This document shows positions 38,308 through 46,799 of a stretch of 64,000 bases of DNA, one piece after another. Each line of letters opens with the position of its first letter. Position 1 is the stretch's first letter. The stretch is from an uncultured bacterium. GTDB taxonomy: Bacteria > Patescibacteriota > Dojkabacteria > SC72. The notes beneath the pieces are model-generated. The model was not told the origin of the DNA, did not search any database, and saw nothing but the letters and a program-made list of their open reading frames with translations. Location of the stretch: the NCBI GenBank assembly GCA_903906305.1, contig CAIVJR010000005.1, positions 83,667 to 147,666 on the forward strand, in the 5' to 3' direction. A program made the translations under genes and the position numbers.

Positions 38308-39684
38308 TTAAACAATCTTAGGCCCAAATCCCCAATGATGGGCTGCTTTGGCCAATGCGGTATCTGGATGTTCAATAATCCACTGCTCCATATTTCCTCT
38401 GCCTAACGCTACATCCTTTGCCTGTATTACGGCTTCTACACCTGCTTCAATGCCCCATGGATGTCCTAAGACTCCACCACCTACTTGGATTACAATATCT
38501 TCACCTAATTGATACAGCGCTTCAGGAATAGTACCTGGATGTAATCCACCTGAAGCTACATGCCATACGGGTTTCATTCCATACCAGTTCTGTCCTAATG
38601 TCATACTCGTCTCTGGAGTAATATCCAACTGCAAAGTATCTCTAATGAGTTTTGGCTCACCATAATTTTCCATTTTCCCTACAGGAGCTCCACCATGAAG
38701 CGAGTCTACACCTAACATTCTCATGATTTTAGCAGTTACTACCATGGACATAGAAAAGTCTTTGATTTCGCCTCTGTCATACACCCCAGGACCAGACTCT
38801 CTGTCAAAAAGGCTGTGCATCGCCCTATGTGCATGTATTGCCAACCCTGGATTGTGCATCCTCATTGTCTGGATTGCACTAAATCCAGTAGTAACAATAT
38901 CCATCATCATCCATCTCCCTCCCTGTGCCTTTATCTTATCTGCCCTCTGTATCATCACATCTAGATTGGAATGCGTCACATTACATAGGTAGAATTTCTT
39001 TTTCCCCGTCTTCCTTTCTACCTCTCTTTGCACCTTATGTATCAGCTCACATCGATCATCAAAGGTATTGAATGGTAGACTAGTTAGATTTTCATCGTCC
39101 TTAATACCATGATATTCTGCATTTGCAGCAGTAAAAAGTATCTCTGCTAATTTTGCCTGTTCTTTGGCTGTACGTCCTACTTTTGGTTTTGGAACAGTAC
39201 AGAGCAATGGTCCTTCTTCGACTTGTAATAGCTCTCGCATACCCCAAATACCAAACTGTGGACCTTGGAATGCTTGAATAATGCACTTTGGGAAACGAAT
39301 ATCTAAACATCGAAATGCCTTGAGCATCTTCATTCCATCGATATTTCCTACTACTCCTGCCAATATTCCAGACATATTGTCATATTCAAATAGCTCTTTT
39401 TTGTAAGCAATCTTAAACGTCTTGGTATTGTGATCTAAATCAAATGCTATGGCCTTAAGCTTCTCTGCCATCCTTACGCCTGAATCTCGACCAGAATATA
39501 TCTCTGTCCATGTACCAGTAGAGCTTTCTGCAGCACATGCTGCTACTACATCTTCAAATTTCTCCATACCAATACCATCTGCAAGCTCAATATCGAGATA
39601 TGTAATGATGTAATTCTCATCAGGATTCTTAGGTTTCCACCCCTTTGGGGCGATGTAACCGTTGTGTGTAGCTCCAATAACCAT
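38308..39684 (-). CDS. rbcL: ribulose-1,5-bisphosphate carboxylase large subunit, form II/III or III-like
   Basis: GTWTE, KPKVGRTAKE, GIKDDENL (carbamyl-Lys region), HAHRAMH, GGAPVGKMEN, ASGGLHPG and GGGVLGHPWG. The catalytic motifs appear intact. Confidence 0.85.
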   Translation of the reverse strand: MVIGATHNGYIAPKGWKPKNPDENYIITYLDIELADGIGMEKFEDVVAACAAESSTGTWTEIYSGRDSGVRMAEKLKAIAFDLDHNTKTFKIAYKKELFEYDNMSGILAGVVGNIDGMKMLKAFRCLDIRFPKCIIQAFQGPQFGIWGMRELLQVEEGPLLCTVPKPKVGRTAKEQAKLAEILFTAANAEYHGIKDDENLTSLPFNTFDDRCELIHKVQREVERKTGKKKFYLCNVTHSNLDVMIQRADKIKAQGGRWMMMDIVTTGFSAIQTMRMHNPGLAIHAHRAMHSLFDRESGPGVYDRGEIKDFSMSMVVTAKIMRMLGVDSLHGGAPVGKMENYGEPKLIRDTLQLDITPETSMTLGQNWYGMKPVWHVASGGLHPGTIPEALYQLGEDIVIQVGGGVLGHPWGIEAGVEAVIQAKDVALGRGNMEQWIIEHPDTALAKAAHHWGFGPKIV

Positions 39685-39735
39685 AGGGGCAATATGTTTA
39701 ATTAGATATATACATATTAGAGGAGAACGATTAGT

Positions 39736-39764
39736 TTGTAAATCACACGAAAGAACAATATAAT
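39736..39764 (+). promoter_or_regulatory. promoter placed for a leaderless rlmN transcript
   Basis: TTGTAA, 17 nt, TATAAT, then 6 nt, then ATG 39771. Confidence 0.45.
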
Positions 39765-39770
39765 GGGCAT

Positions 39771-40772
39771 ATGTTTAAAAGATTCCTTAAGAACAACAAT
39801 GTGCAGGGTTACAGAATTCAACAGCTGTATGACCAGTACTTCAAACAGGTGATTTCCTCATGGGATGAGCTTACTAATTGGCCTAAAGATCTAAGAGAAA
39901 AGCTTAAGGCAGAGGTTCCTTTTACTGAATTAGAGAATTTTACTGAATTCCCCTCTTCTGATCACAAGACTATAAAGGTATTGGCAAATACCAAGGAAGG
40001 TTTTCCTGTTGAGAGTGTGTTAATGCGCAACAAAGACCGTATTACCGTGTGTATTAGCTGTATGAGTGGTTGTCCTGTGGGTTGTAAATTTTGTGCTACT
40101 GGGAGAATGGGTTTAAACAAGAGCCTCTCTACTCACGAAATTATGGACCAGATTATGTATTTCCAAAGGAAGTTGAAAGCTACCGGTGAGAAGATTACCA
40201 ATATCGTGTATATGGGCATGGGCGAGCCTCTACTCAATTTAAAACATGTTTCTGAGTCTATCAATTTGCTAACAGATAGCAATGTTATGGCAATGAGTGC
40301 TAGAAGGATTACAGTATCTACTTCTGGATATATTCCTCAATTGGAAGAGTTTTTGAAGAAGGATATGGGTGTTAATCTTGCTATTAGTCTTCATGCTCCC
40401 AATCAAAAGCTTCGTGAGAAGCTTATGCCTACCGTTGCGAAGTTAAATCCTTTAGACAAGCTAATGGAGGTATTGATTAAGGATCAGAAGAAAAGAAACA
40501 AGAAGATTACATATGAGTATTTAATGCTTAAAGATATTACTGATACTCCCGAGTGTGCTAAGGAATTAGCTAAGTTACTCAAGAATCAGATTGTACTTGT
40601 TAACCTTATTAACTTTAACAAGGTTAATGGTATTGCCTACGAACCTAGTACTAGAAAAAGGATTGAGGGATTCCAAGCGGTATTGGATAGTAGAGGGATT
40701 ACTAATACATTAAGATATTCGTATGGAAGTGATATAAAGGGAGCTTGTGGGCAGTTATCAAGTCTCTCGTAG
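39771..40772 (+). CDS. rlmN: 23S rRNA/tRNA (adenine-C2)-methyltransferase RlmN (radical SAM)
   Basis: CISCMSGCPVGCKFCATG (CxxxCxxC), GMGEPLLN, and the C-terminal catalytic Cys region GACGQL. Confidence 0.9.
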   Translation: MFKRFLKNNNVQGYRIQQLYDQYFKQVISSWDELTNWPKDLREKLKAEVPFTELENFTEFPSSDHKTIKVLANTKEGFPVESVLMRNKDRITVCISCMSGCPVGCKFCATGRMGLNKSLSTHEIMDQIMYFQRKLKATGEKITNIVYMGMGEPLLNLKHVSESINLLTDSNVMAMSARRITVSTSGYIPQLEEFLKKDMGVNLAISLHAPNQKLREKLMPTVAKLNPLDKLMEVLIKDQKKRNKKITYEYLMLKDITDTPECAKELAKLLKNQIVLVNLINFNKVNGIAYEPSTRKRIEGFQAVLDSRGITNTLRYSYGSDIKGACGQLSSLS

Positions 40773-40779
40773 GGTCCGA

Positions 40780-41424
40780 CTAATTTTCAACGACCTGGAT
40801 TACAACTCCATTTACATAATAATCGTCATCAGGATGTATTAAAATAGGAGGATATTTTTCTGCTTCCGTAGATTCGCTAAGAAGTGTTATCCTATCCGTC
40901 TCTTTTCTAAAACGTTTAATGTTAGCCGCACCATCAATAATGGACAATACAATATTGTTATCCTCTGGAACCTTTGATGAATCGATAATTACGTAATCCC
41001 CATTTTTAATACCTTCAGAATCGCCTATTTGTGCAATATTCATAGAATCACCCACGGCTCTTAATGAAAAGTAATTTTCTTGGTTTCTTTCATTTCCATT
41101 AAATAATTTTTTTGAAACCTTTAAATACCCCTCAAGGTTTTCTTCTGCAATTAAAGTCGCCATACCACAATTAGCAGCGCCATAGATTGGTATATTTAGG
41201 AATATATCATTCTCAACATTTACAGGAAGAATCGATCTTATCCCACTTTCATCCCCTTTAAAGGTAATATAACCTTGCAAAACTAAAGCATCCAGATGAT
41301 ATTTAACACTTTGCCTATGATTTAACCCAATTTTTTCCCCTATTTCAGACAGCGTAGTTTCAAATAGGCCATTAGGATAAATAAGTCCTAATAGCATTTT
41401 CTGATATTTGTTCATATCTAACAT
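40780..41424 (-). CDS. lexA: LexA-like repressor (wHTH + S24 peptidase)
   Basis: N-terminal wHTH. IPIYGAANCGMATLIAEENLEGYL (cleavage-site region), AVGDSM (Ser), NGDYVIID, and ANIKRF (Lys). Confidence 0.8.
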   Translation of the reverse strand: MLDMNKYQKMLLGLIYPNGLFETTLSEIGEKIGLNHRQSVKYHLDALVLQGYITFKGDESGIRSILPVNVENDIFLNIPIYGAANCGMATLIAEENLEGYLKVSKKLFNGNERNQENYFSLRAVGDSMNIAQIGDSEGIKNGDYVIIDSSKVPEDNNIVLSIIDGAANIKRFRKETDRITLLSESTEAEKYPPILIHPDDDYYVNGVVIQVVEN

Positions 41425-41437
41425 TCTACCTGAAAGA

Positions 41438-41450
41438 TTACATTCTGTAA
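41438..41450. promoter_or_regulatory. palindrome TTACA-N3-TGTAA just upstream of lexA (candidate operator)
   Basis: TTACATTCTGTAA lies 14-26 nt upstream of the lexA ATG (41424). This is only a sequence observation. Confidence 0.3.
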
Positions 41451-41636
41451 ATAGGCGTCATAAAGTACTTTACACCTCTTGGAAATTGATATACAATATC
41501 CTTATAGTTAAATTATAAAAGAAAGGCAAATGGTTAATGAGAGCGAAAAATAAAGGCCCCCACCAAAGTGAGAGCCATTACACCAAATAATAGTATATAA
41601 GCAATTAAAAATTTTGCAACTTAATTTCAGTTATTT

Positions 41637-41936
41637 ATGGCTATGGGAACAATTAGGAACATAACAAAAACAAAAAAAGAATCTTCGGCTAGAAATGAGT
41701 CTGAGATAAAAGGCTATCTTTATTATTTAAATAACGATAGTAATACTTTTTATTATGCTGATAAACCAGGAATGGCAAGACAGCATAAAGAAGGAGACAG
41801 ATACTTTTCTGTCGGAAAGAAAACAAAACCAGAAGCTTTTTGGAAGCAATCAGTTAACAATGAATGGTTTTTGCAAACGGAACCAAACGCAAGCGAAGAA
41901 GATAACTTATTAAATCTCGACGATTATGAAAACTAA
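41637..41936 (+). CDS. hypothetical protein
   Basis: 99-aa ORF divergent from lexA. Overlaps the next gene by 11 nt. No recognisable motif. Confidence 0.4.
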   Translation: MAMGTIRNITKTKKESSARNESEIKGYLYYLNNDSNTFYYADKPGMARQHKEGDRYFSVGKKTKPEAFWKQSVNNEWFLQTEPNASEEDNLLNLDDYEN

Positions 41937-42168
41937 CGCTCACTTAATGAAACACCCTGGCGGTGGATGGGAAGGAAAGAAAGAGGGATCTCAAAGAGCT
42001 TCAGTTGTAAGAGAAACAAAATACGAAGCTGAAAAAGCAATGAAAGAGATTCTTAAAAACCAAGGTGGGGGTGAATTAAGAATTCACAACCTAAAAAATG
42101 TAATAATTGATAGTGATACAGTAGCTCCTGCAAAGGATCCTAATCCTCCTAAGGATACTGTCTATTAA
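41926..42168 (+). CDS. DUF2188-like small protein
   Basis: HLMKHPGGGWEGKKEGSQRASVVRETKYEAEKAMKEILKNQGGGELRIHN fits the DUF2188 pattern (GGW..K.eG..ra...f.tk.eA...A...a.......l.iH) as I recall it. Confidence 0.5.
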   Translation: MKTNAHLMKHPGGGWEGKKEGSQRASVVRETKYEAEKAMKEILKNQGGGELRIHNLKNVIIDSDTVAPAKDPNPPKDTVY

Positions 42169-42211
42169 TTGATATACGTAGTTACGCAACGGGACTTGAT
42201 GTCATTTACTA

Positions 42212-42288
42212 TGGTCGGGGTGACTCGACTTGAACGAGCGACCTCTACGTCCCGAACGTAGCGTTCTAGCCAACTGAACTACACCCCG
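42212..42288 (-). tRNA. tRNA-Pro (CGG)
   Basis: Reverse complement CGGGGTG/TA/GTTC-AGTTGGCT-AGAAC/G/CTACG-TTCGGGA-CGTAG/AGGTC/GCTCG-TTCAAGT-CGAGT/CACCCCG/A-CCA. Confidence 0.9.
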
Positions 42289-42295
42289 TACTCAT

Positions 42296-44083
42296 TTACA
42301 TCTCATCCACCACCCCTATACCAAGTAGTTCTAGCCCATTCTTCATCGTTAGCATTGTAGCCTGTACGATTGCTAGTAGGGATGCTCTATCCTTTTCTGG
42401 AGCTTCTAATACAGAAACCTGCTGATAGAAATTGTTAAAAGATTGTGCAAGATCAAAGATATACTGGGATAATATTGAAGGTGAGTAGTTTATACCTGAG
42501 CTAAGCAATACATACTTAGATTTGCTAAGCATCTCACCCAAGCTCTTCACTGCGGCGTTATCGAGGATATCTTCACCAATGTCTCCACCATTTTCCAATT
42601 CCGTATTGTTTTTTAGCAAAGATTTACACCTTGCATACACATACAAAAGATATGGACCCGTATCCCCATCAAAACTCAAAGCCTTAGTAGAATCAAACAC
42701 AATATCGCTGCCTACTCCAACCTTAAGAAATGCATATTTAATAGCTGCAATAGCTATTTTAAGGCTCTTTTCCTCAATACCCTCAGTAACCCTACCATTC
42801 TCCTTCATCATCTCCATAGCCTGCTGTGCAGTAGTATCAATTAGGGTTTCTGCACCTGCTGTACCCTTACGACTGGACATCTTCTTACCATCAACAGACT
42901 TGATTAAGCCATGAGGAATATGTGTAGTCTTCTCTGCCAAATCTTTATCTATCTTACTCAACGCATCCAATACCACCTTGAAATATCCCGCTTGCTCTTT
43001 ACCCGTGATGATAATGGACTCCTCGTAGTCAATAAGTTCATGCTTCTTAAATGCCAATCCCAAATCCTTAGCCTCATATGTTGGAATACCAAATTTGTTT
43101 ACAAAAACCCTTGTATGAAGACCTTTTGATTCATCACCTTCATATATGACAGCACCCGCATCCTTCTTAAATACTGTCTCCATATTCTTCATAACCATAT
43201 CCAAGCCAATGCTACTAGTCTCGCTTTCTAAGAAGTAATAGTCGAACTTAGTACCTAATTTCTTGTATATGGTTTCAAAATATTCCATACACCACTCCTT
43301 ACCCTTGAGGTACTTCTCCTTGATCTCTTCTTTTTCGTATAACCCAAAGTCCTTTTCAGGTAATTCTGGTACACACAATGAGAATATGTAGTAATTTAGG
43401 TTATCAATCTCTTCCTGTGCTTGCGCATCTTCCTTCCCATCGTAATACTCGCTACCTAATACATATGCCTCACCTAAATACTTAACCCTGCTGGGTAATT
43501 CCAACGATTCTAAGCTATTAAACTCCTTACCTTCTTCTCCCATTTTCTTCTCCAAACCCCACAATGTTTTAGCAACATGTAATCCAACATCTCCCTGATA
43601 TATGGCTCGCTTTACATCGGCTCCTAGCGCCTCCTGTAGGCGCGCATAGGACTCTCCAACTATGTTGGTATATAGATGACCCACATGGAGTATTTTGAAT
43701 GGATTAGGATCGGTATATTCAATTACAATCTTCTTTCCTTTTTTAACATCTAGCTTGAAGTAATCATCCTTCTGTTTAAGAATTTCTTTAACCTCATTCA
43801 TGAGATATGTATTTGAAAGGTAGAAGTTGATGAATCCTGGACCTGCTATTTCTACTTTCTCAATCTCTGTACCCTTTTCAAAGCTATCTACAATAGTTTG
43901 GGCTACCTCTCTTGGAGATTTCTTTAATTCTCCTGCAAGCTGCATCGCAATATTTGAAGTATATTCACCATGTGTTGGATTGTCTGTACCTGATACCTGG
44001 ATTCTTTCTCTGCCAAAACTACTGTTTAAGCTTAGAACTCCTTTCTCTAACCTCTCTTGTATGGTTTGAACTATATCCATCAT
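42296..44083 (-). CDS. argS: arginyl-tRNA synthetase
   Basis: HVGHLYTNIVGESYARL (HIGH-like), KMSSRKG (KMSKS-like), and the C-terminal anticodon-binding domain ending ...LGIGVVDEM. Confidence 0.93.
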   Translation of the reverse strand: MMDIVQTIQERLEKGVLSLNSSFGRERIQVSGTDNPTHGEYTSNIAMQLAGELKKSPREVAQTIVDSFEKGTEIEKVEIAGPGFINFYLSNTYLMNEVKEILKQKDDYFKLDVKKGKKIVIEYTDPNPFKILHVGHLYTNIVGESYARLQEALGADVKRAIYQGDVGLHVAKTLWGLEKKMGEEGKEFNSLESLELPSRVKYLGEAYVLGSEYYDGKEDAQAQEEIDNLNYYIFSLCVPELPEKDFGLYEKEEIKEKYLKGKEWCMEYFETIYKKLGTKFDYYFLESETSSIGLDMVMKNMETVFKKDAGAVIYEGDESKGLHTRVFVNKFGIPTYEAKDLGLAFKKHELIDYEESIIITGKEQAGYFKVVLDALSKIDKDLAEKTTHIPHGLIKSVDGKKMSSRKGTAGAETLIDTTAQQAMEMMKENGRVTEGIEEKSLKIAIAAIKYAFLKVGVGSDIVFDSTKALSFDGDTGPYLLYVYARCKSLLKNNTELENGGDIGEDILDNAAVKSLGEMLSKSKYVLLSSGINYSPSILSQYIFDLAQSFNNFYQQVSVLEAPEKDRASLLAIVQATMLTMKNGLELLGIGVVDEM

Positions 44084-44103
44084 ATTGTAAATATATTTTA
44101 AAA

Positions 44104-44177
44104 CGCACTCGGGGGGAGTCGAACCCGCAACCGTCGGTTCCGAAGACCGATGCTCTATCCAGTTGAGCTACGAGTGC
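44104..44177 (-). tRNA. tRNA-Arg (UCG)
   Basis: Reverse complement GCACTCG/TA/GCTC-AACTGGAT-AGAGC/A/TCGGT-CTTCGGA-ACCGA/CGGTT/GCGGG-TTCGACT-CCCCC/CGAGTGC/G. One C.C mismatch in the T stem. No CCA. Confidence 0.8.
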
Positions 44178-44185
44178 ATATTAGT

Positions 44186-44262
44186 TGGCGTACCTGGCCG
44201 GATTCGAACCGACAACCGTTGATTCCGCAAACCAATGCTCTATCCAATTGAGCTACAGGTAC
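44186..44262 (-). tRNA. tRNA-Arg (GCG)
   Basis: Reverse complement GTACCTG/TA/GCTC-AATTGGAT-AGAGC/A/TTGGT-TTGCGGA-ATCAA/CGGTT/GTCGG-TTCGAAT-CCGGC/CAGGTAC/G-CCA. Confidence 0.85.
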
Positions 44263-44308
44263 AAAAGAGCTATTTATACAGCCATTCTATCATATATTCT
44301 TACTCTTT

Positions 44309-45127
44309 TTAAAATGTAAATACAATATTACCTTCTTGGTACGTTACCAAATGTTGTACGTTGTGCTTTTCGAAAATATTGATTGTTTCACTGTGTGGAT
44401 GTCCGAAAGTATTGTCTGTACCACAGCTACAAATTGCAATCGATGGGAAAATCTCGCTGAGAAACATATCACTCGTAGCCGATCTTGAACAGTGATGCCC
44501 TGCTTTCAAAATATCAACCTGGTTTACTAAATTATTCTCAAGTAAATATTCTTCCGCCTCATATCCAGCGTCCCCCATTAACAAAATCTTCGAATCCTTT
44601 ATCTTAACATCTAAAACAATTGAGTCTTCATTTACATTTTGATGGCAATTAACGTCAAGAGGATATATCGCAGAAGCTGAGATATCACTATATGTGAGCT
44701 TCCAGTCATCATTTAGGTCATACAGAATGTTTTCGTAGTTAGTTTCAATATATTCCCAGTCTTTAGATTCAAAACATTGAGAGGCGTACACGATTGTACC
44801 TACTTTGTAATTATTCAGGATACTAAACAAACCTTGAATATGGTCATCATGGGAATGGGATAATACAACCACCTCTATAGTTCGATCATTGGCTGGCATG
44901 TATTTAGGCAATTCAAACAATATGGATGTATCTGCTCCAGTATCTACCAACATTTGAAAACTACCATGCTGAATTAGGGTTGCATCTCCTTGTCCAATGT
45001 TAAGAAAAACAAGAGAAGGTGTTGCTGAGGCTTGCATAGTACAAAGCCTGTAGATGGCGATAGCTAGTGAAAGAGTTAAGATGAAATTCTTAACTAGAAA
45101 TTTTAAGATAGAAATTATGACTTTCAT
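44309..45127 (-). CDS. comEC: ComEC/Rec2 C-terminal metallo-beta-lactamase domain protein (separate ORF)
   Basis: LNIGQGDATLIQ and VLSHSHDDHIQG (HxHxDH). An N-terminal hydrophobic helix. Overlaps the upstream comEC part by 38 nt in another frame. Confidence 0.8.
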   Translation of the reverse strand: MKVIISILKFLVKNFILTLSLAIAIYRLCTMQASATPSLVFLNIGQGDATLIQHGSFQMLVDTGADTSILFELPKYMPANDRTIEVVVLSHSHDDHIQGLFSILNNYKVGTIVYASQCFESKDWEYIETNYENILYDLNDDWKLTYSDISASAIYPLDVNCHQNVNEDSIVLDVKIKDSKILLMGDAGYEAEEYLLENNLVNQVDILKAGHHCSRSATSDMFLSEIFPSIAICSCGTDNTFGHPHSETINIFEKHNVQHLVTYQEGNIVFTF

Positions 45128-46799
45128 CTTCTACAGGATAGAAATATATAGAAAGGAATATTAAAAGTACGCACATCACTATGGGAATAATAATTCCAAC
45201 TTTTTCTAATTCCCAATATCCCCACCCAACCTTACCTATCAAATTTACTACAAGTTCGAAATATTTGAGTTGAATGTTGGAGGCTTCGAATAATAGAACT
45301 GATAGTAAGGGGAAAAGTTTTAAAGATATTAATCCAAATATTCCTAAGAACATGGTGCTCTCTACGACTGGTAATATGAGGCAATTAGCTACCACTGCCC
45401 ATATTGATACCGTTCCGAATGTATATATCGTTATGGGCAATGTAGTAAGCGTACAACTCAATGTAGTAAGCAATGTATCTTCAACAAAACCATTACTTTT
45501 CTTGAATACCTTCTTCCATATATTGCTTAATGCAGGTTGGAGATATACCAAGCCTAATGTTGCCACTACAGAGAGTCGAAAGCCTACATTAAAGACAATC
45601 TTTGGATCAATGAGAACAAATATGAACGCGGCTAACGGCAAGGATATATGTATCGTATTCTTCTTCCCCAAGATCATAGCTACAAGAGCTATACTGGTCA
45701 TTATGCAGGCTCTCACTATGGATGGAGACAGTCCTGAAAGAATACAGAAGCCCCAAATCAAAAACAGGAGTAAGAACAACCGTATCTTTAATGGAAGAAA
45801 CTTTAGAAGCTTACTTCCTGCCAATATTAATATCGTTATATTGTACCCTGAAGCTGCTACGATATGGCTTACCCCAGCCATCCGCACGTTGCTATCGAAT
45901 TTTTCACTGAATAGCCTATCCTGTCCAAAGATTATTCCCATCATTAAAGATGATTGTGGCTCCTTAAGGTTTTGAGAAATAATATTGTTAAGTTTTTGTT
46001 TAAAATCTACCAATATATTTTGCAAAACAAAGCCTTCTCTTTTTCCGCTACAATCAATTTCAGGAAACTCCATCAAAAGGTAAATGTTATTGTTTTTTAG
46101 ATAGTCTTTGTAGTTAAAATCTTCGAAACTTTCAGGTATTTTAAACAAACCCTTTATGTTACACACTTCCCTTACCCTTGGATTTTGATATTTTTTAATC
46201 TTTATCAAGAACTTTTGGCTTTCCTTTTTAATCACACTCTCTCCTATCGATATATCTGAAGCGGGTTTTACTTCGATTGTATTGTAATTTGCCTTCTCTG
46301 TAATTTCAGATGTTACAATTGCGTCAAAAGTAGCCCATTGGTCTGTGAAACTTGCCGACACAGCATCATTTCTCTTTTCTTGCTTAATCATAGGAGCCAA
46401 TCTGATTGCAGAGAATACTGTTATCAGGACTAACAGATTAATTAGGTTCAAAAAGTGCAACAATTTTCTACATGTACTTTTTCTCTTTTTTGACTGATTT
46501 GAATTGGCAGATATGTTTCTCAGATGTTTTGATATCAAAAACAGAATAATTACTACCCCAAAAGTTAGTAAAATATGTCTCATGGAGATATGGATGTTTA
46601 TGTTTCTCAGAAGAGTGATGACCAAAATATTCAAAACGATATATGAGATGGAAATGAAAATAATTTTGAAATCGATCACATAGTGGATGAATCCACCTAC
46701 CCTTTTTCCCACATGGACGATTTTAGTCTTAAAAGAGTGAAACATACTATATACAGATATTATCTTTAAATTTGTCATATGTTGCTTGACCAATTCCAC
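45090..46799 (-). CDS. comEC: ComEC/Rec2 DNA-uptake channel, N-terminal OB + competence (TM) domains
   Basis: Polytopic core with GVSHIVAASGYNITIL and PSIVRACIM. The likely true start is an internal Met (46778 or 46745), which would avoid overlap with comEA. Confidence 0.8.
   Translation of the reverse strand: MELVKQHMTNLKIISVYSMFHSFKTKIVHVGKRVGGFIHYVIDFKIIFISISYIVLNILVITLLRNINIHISMRHILLTFGVVIILFLISKHLRNISANSNQSKKRKSTCRKLLHFLNLINLLVLITVFSAIRLAPMIKQEKRNDAVSASFTDQWATFDAIVTSEITEKANYNTIEVKPASDISIGESVIKKESQKFLIKIKKYQNPRVREVCNIKGLFKIPESFEDFNYKDYLKNNNIYLLMEFPEIDCSGKREGFVLQNILVDFKQKLNNIISQNLKEPQSSLMMGIIFGQDRLFSEKFDSNVRMAGVSHIVAASGYNITILILAGSKLLKFLPLKIRLFLLLFLIWGFCILSGLSPSIVRACIMTSIALVAMILGKKNTIHISLPLAAFIFVLIDPKIVFNVGFRLSVVATLGLVYLQPALSNIWKKVFKKSNGFVEDTLLTTLSCTLTTLPITIYTFGTVSIWAVVANCLILPVVESTMFLGIFGLISLKLFPLLSVLLFEASNIQLKYFELVVNLIGKVGWGYWELEKVGIIIPIVMCVLLIFLSIYFYPVEDESHNFYLKISS

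Noticed and set aside
45274-45975. 233-aa plus-strand ORF
   Set aside because: It is antisense to the comEC channel domain. The same reasoning applies to 61584..62246 inside giant gene 2, and to 42522..42914 inside argS.
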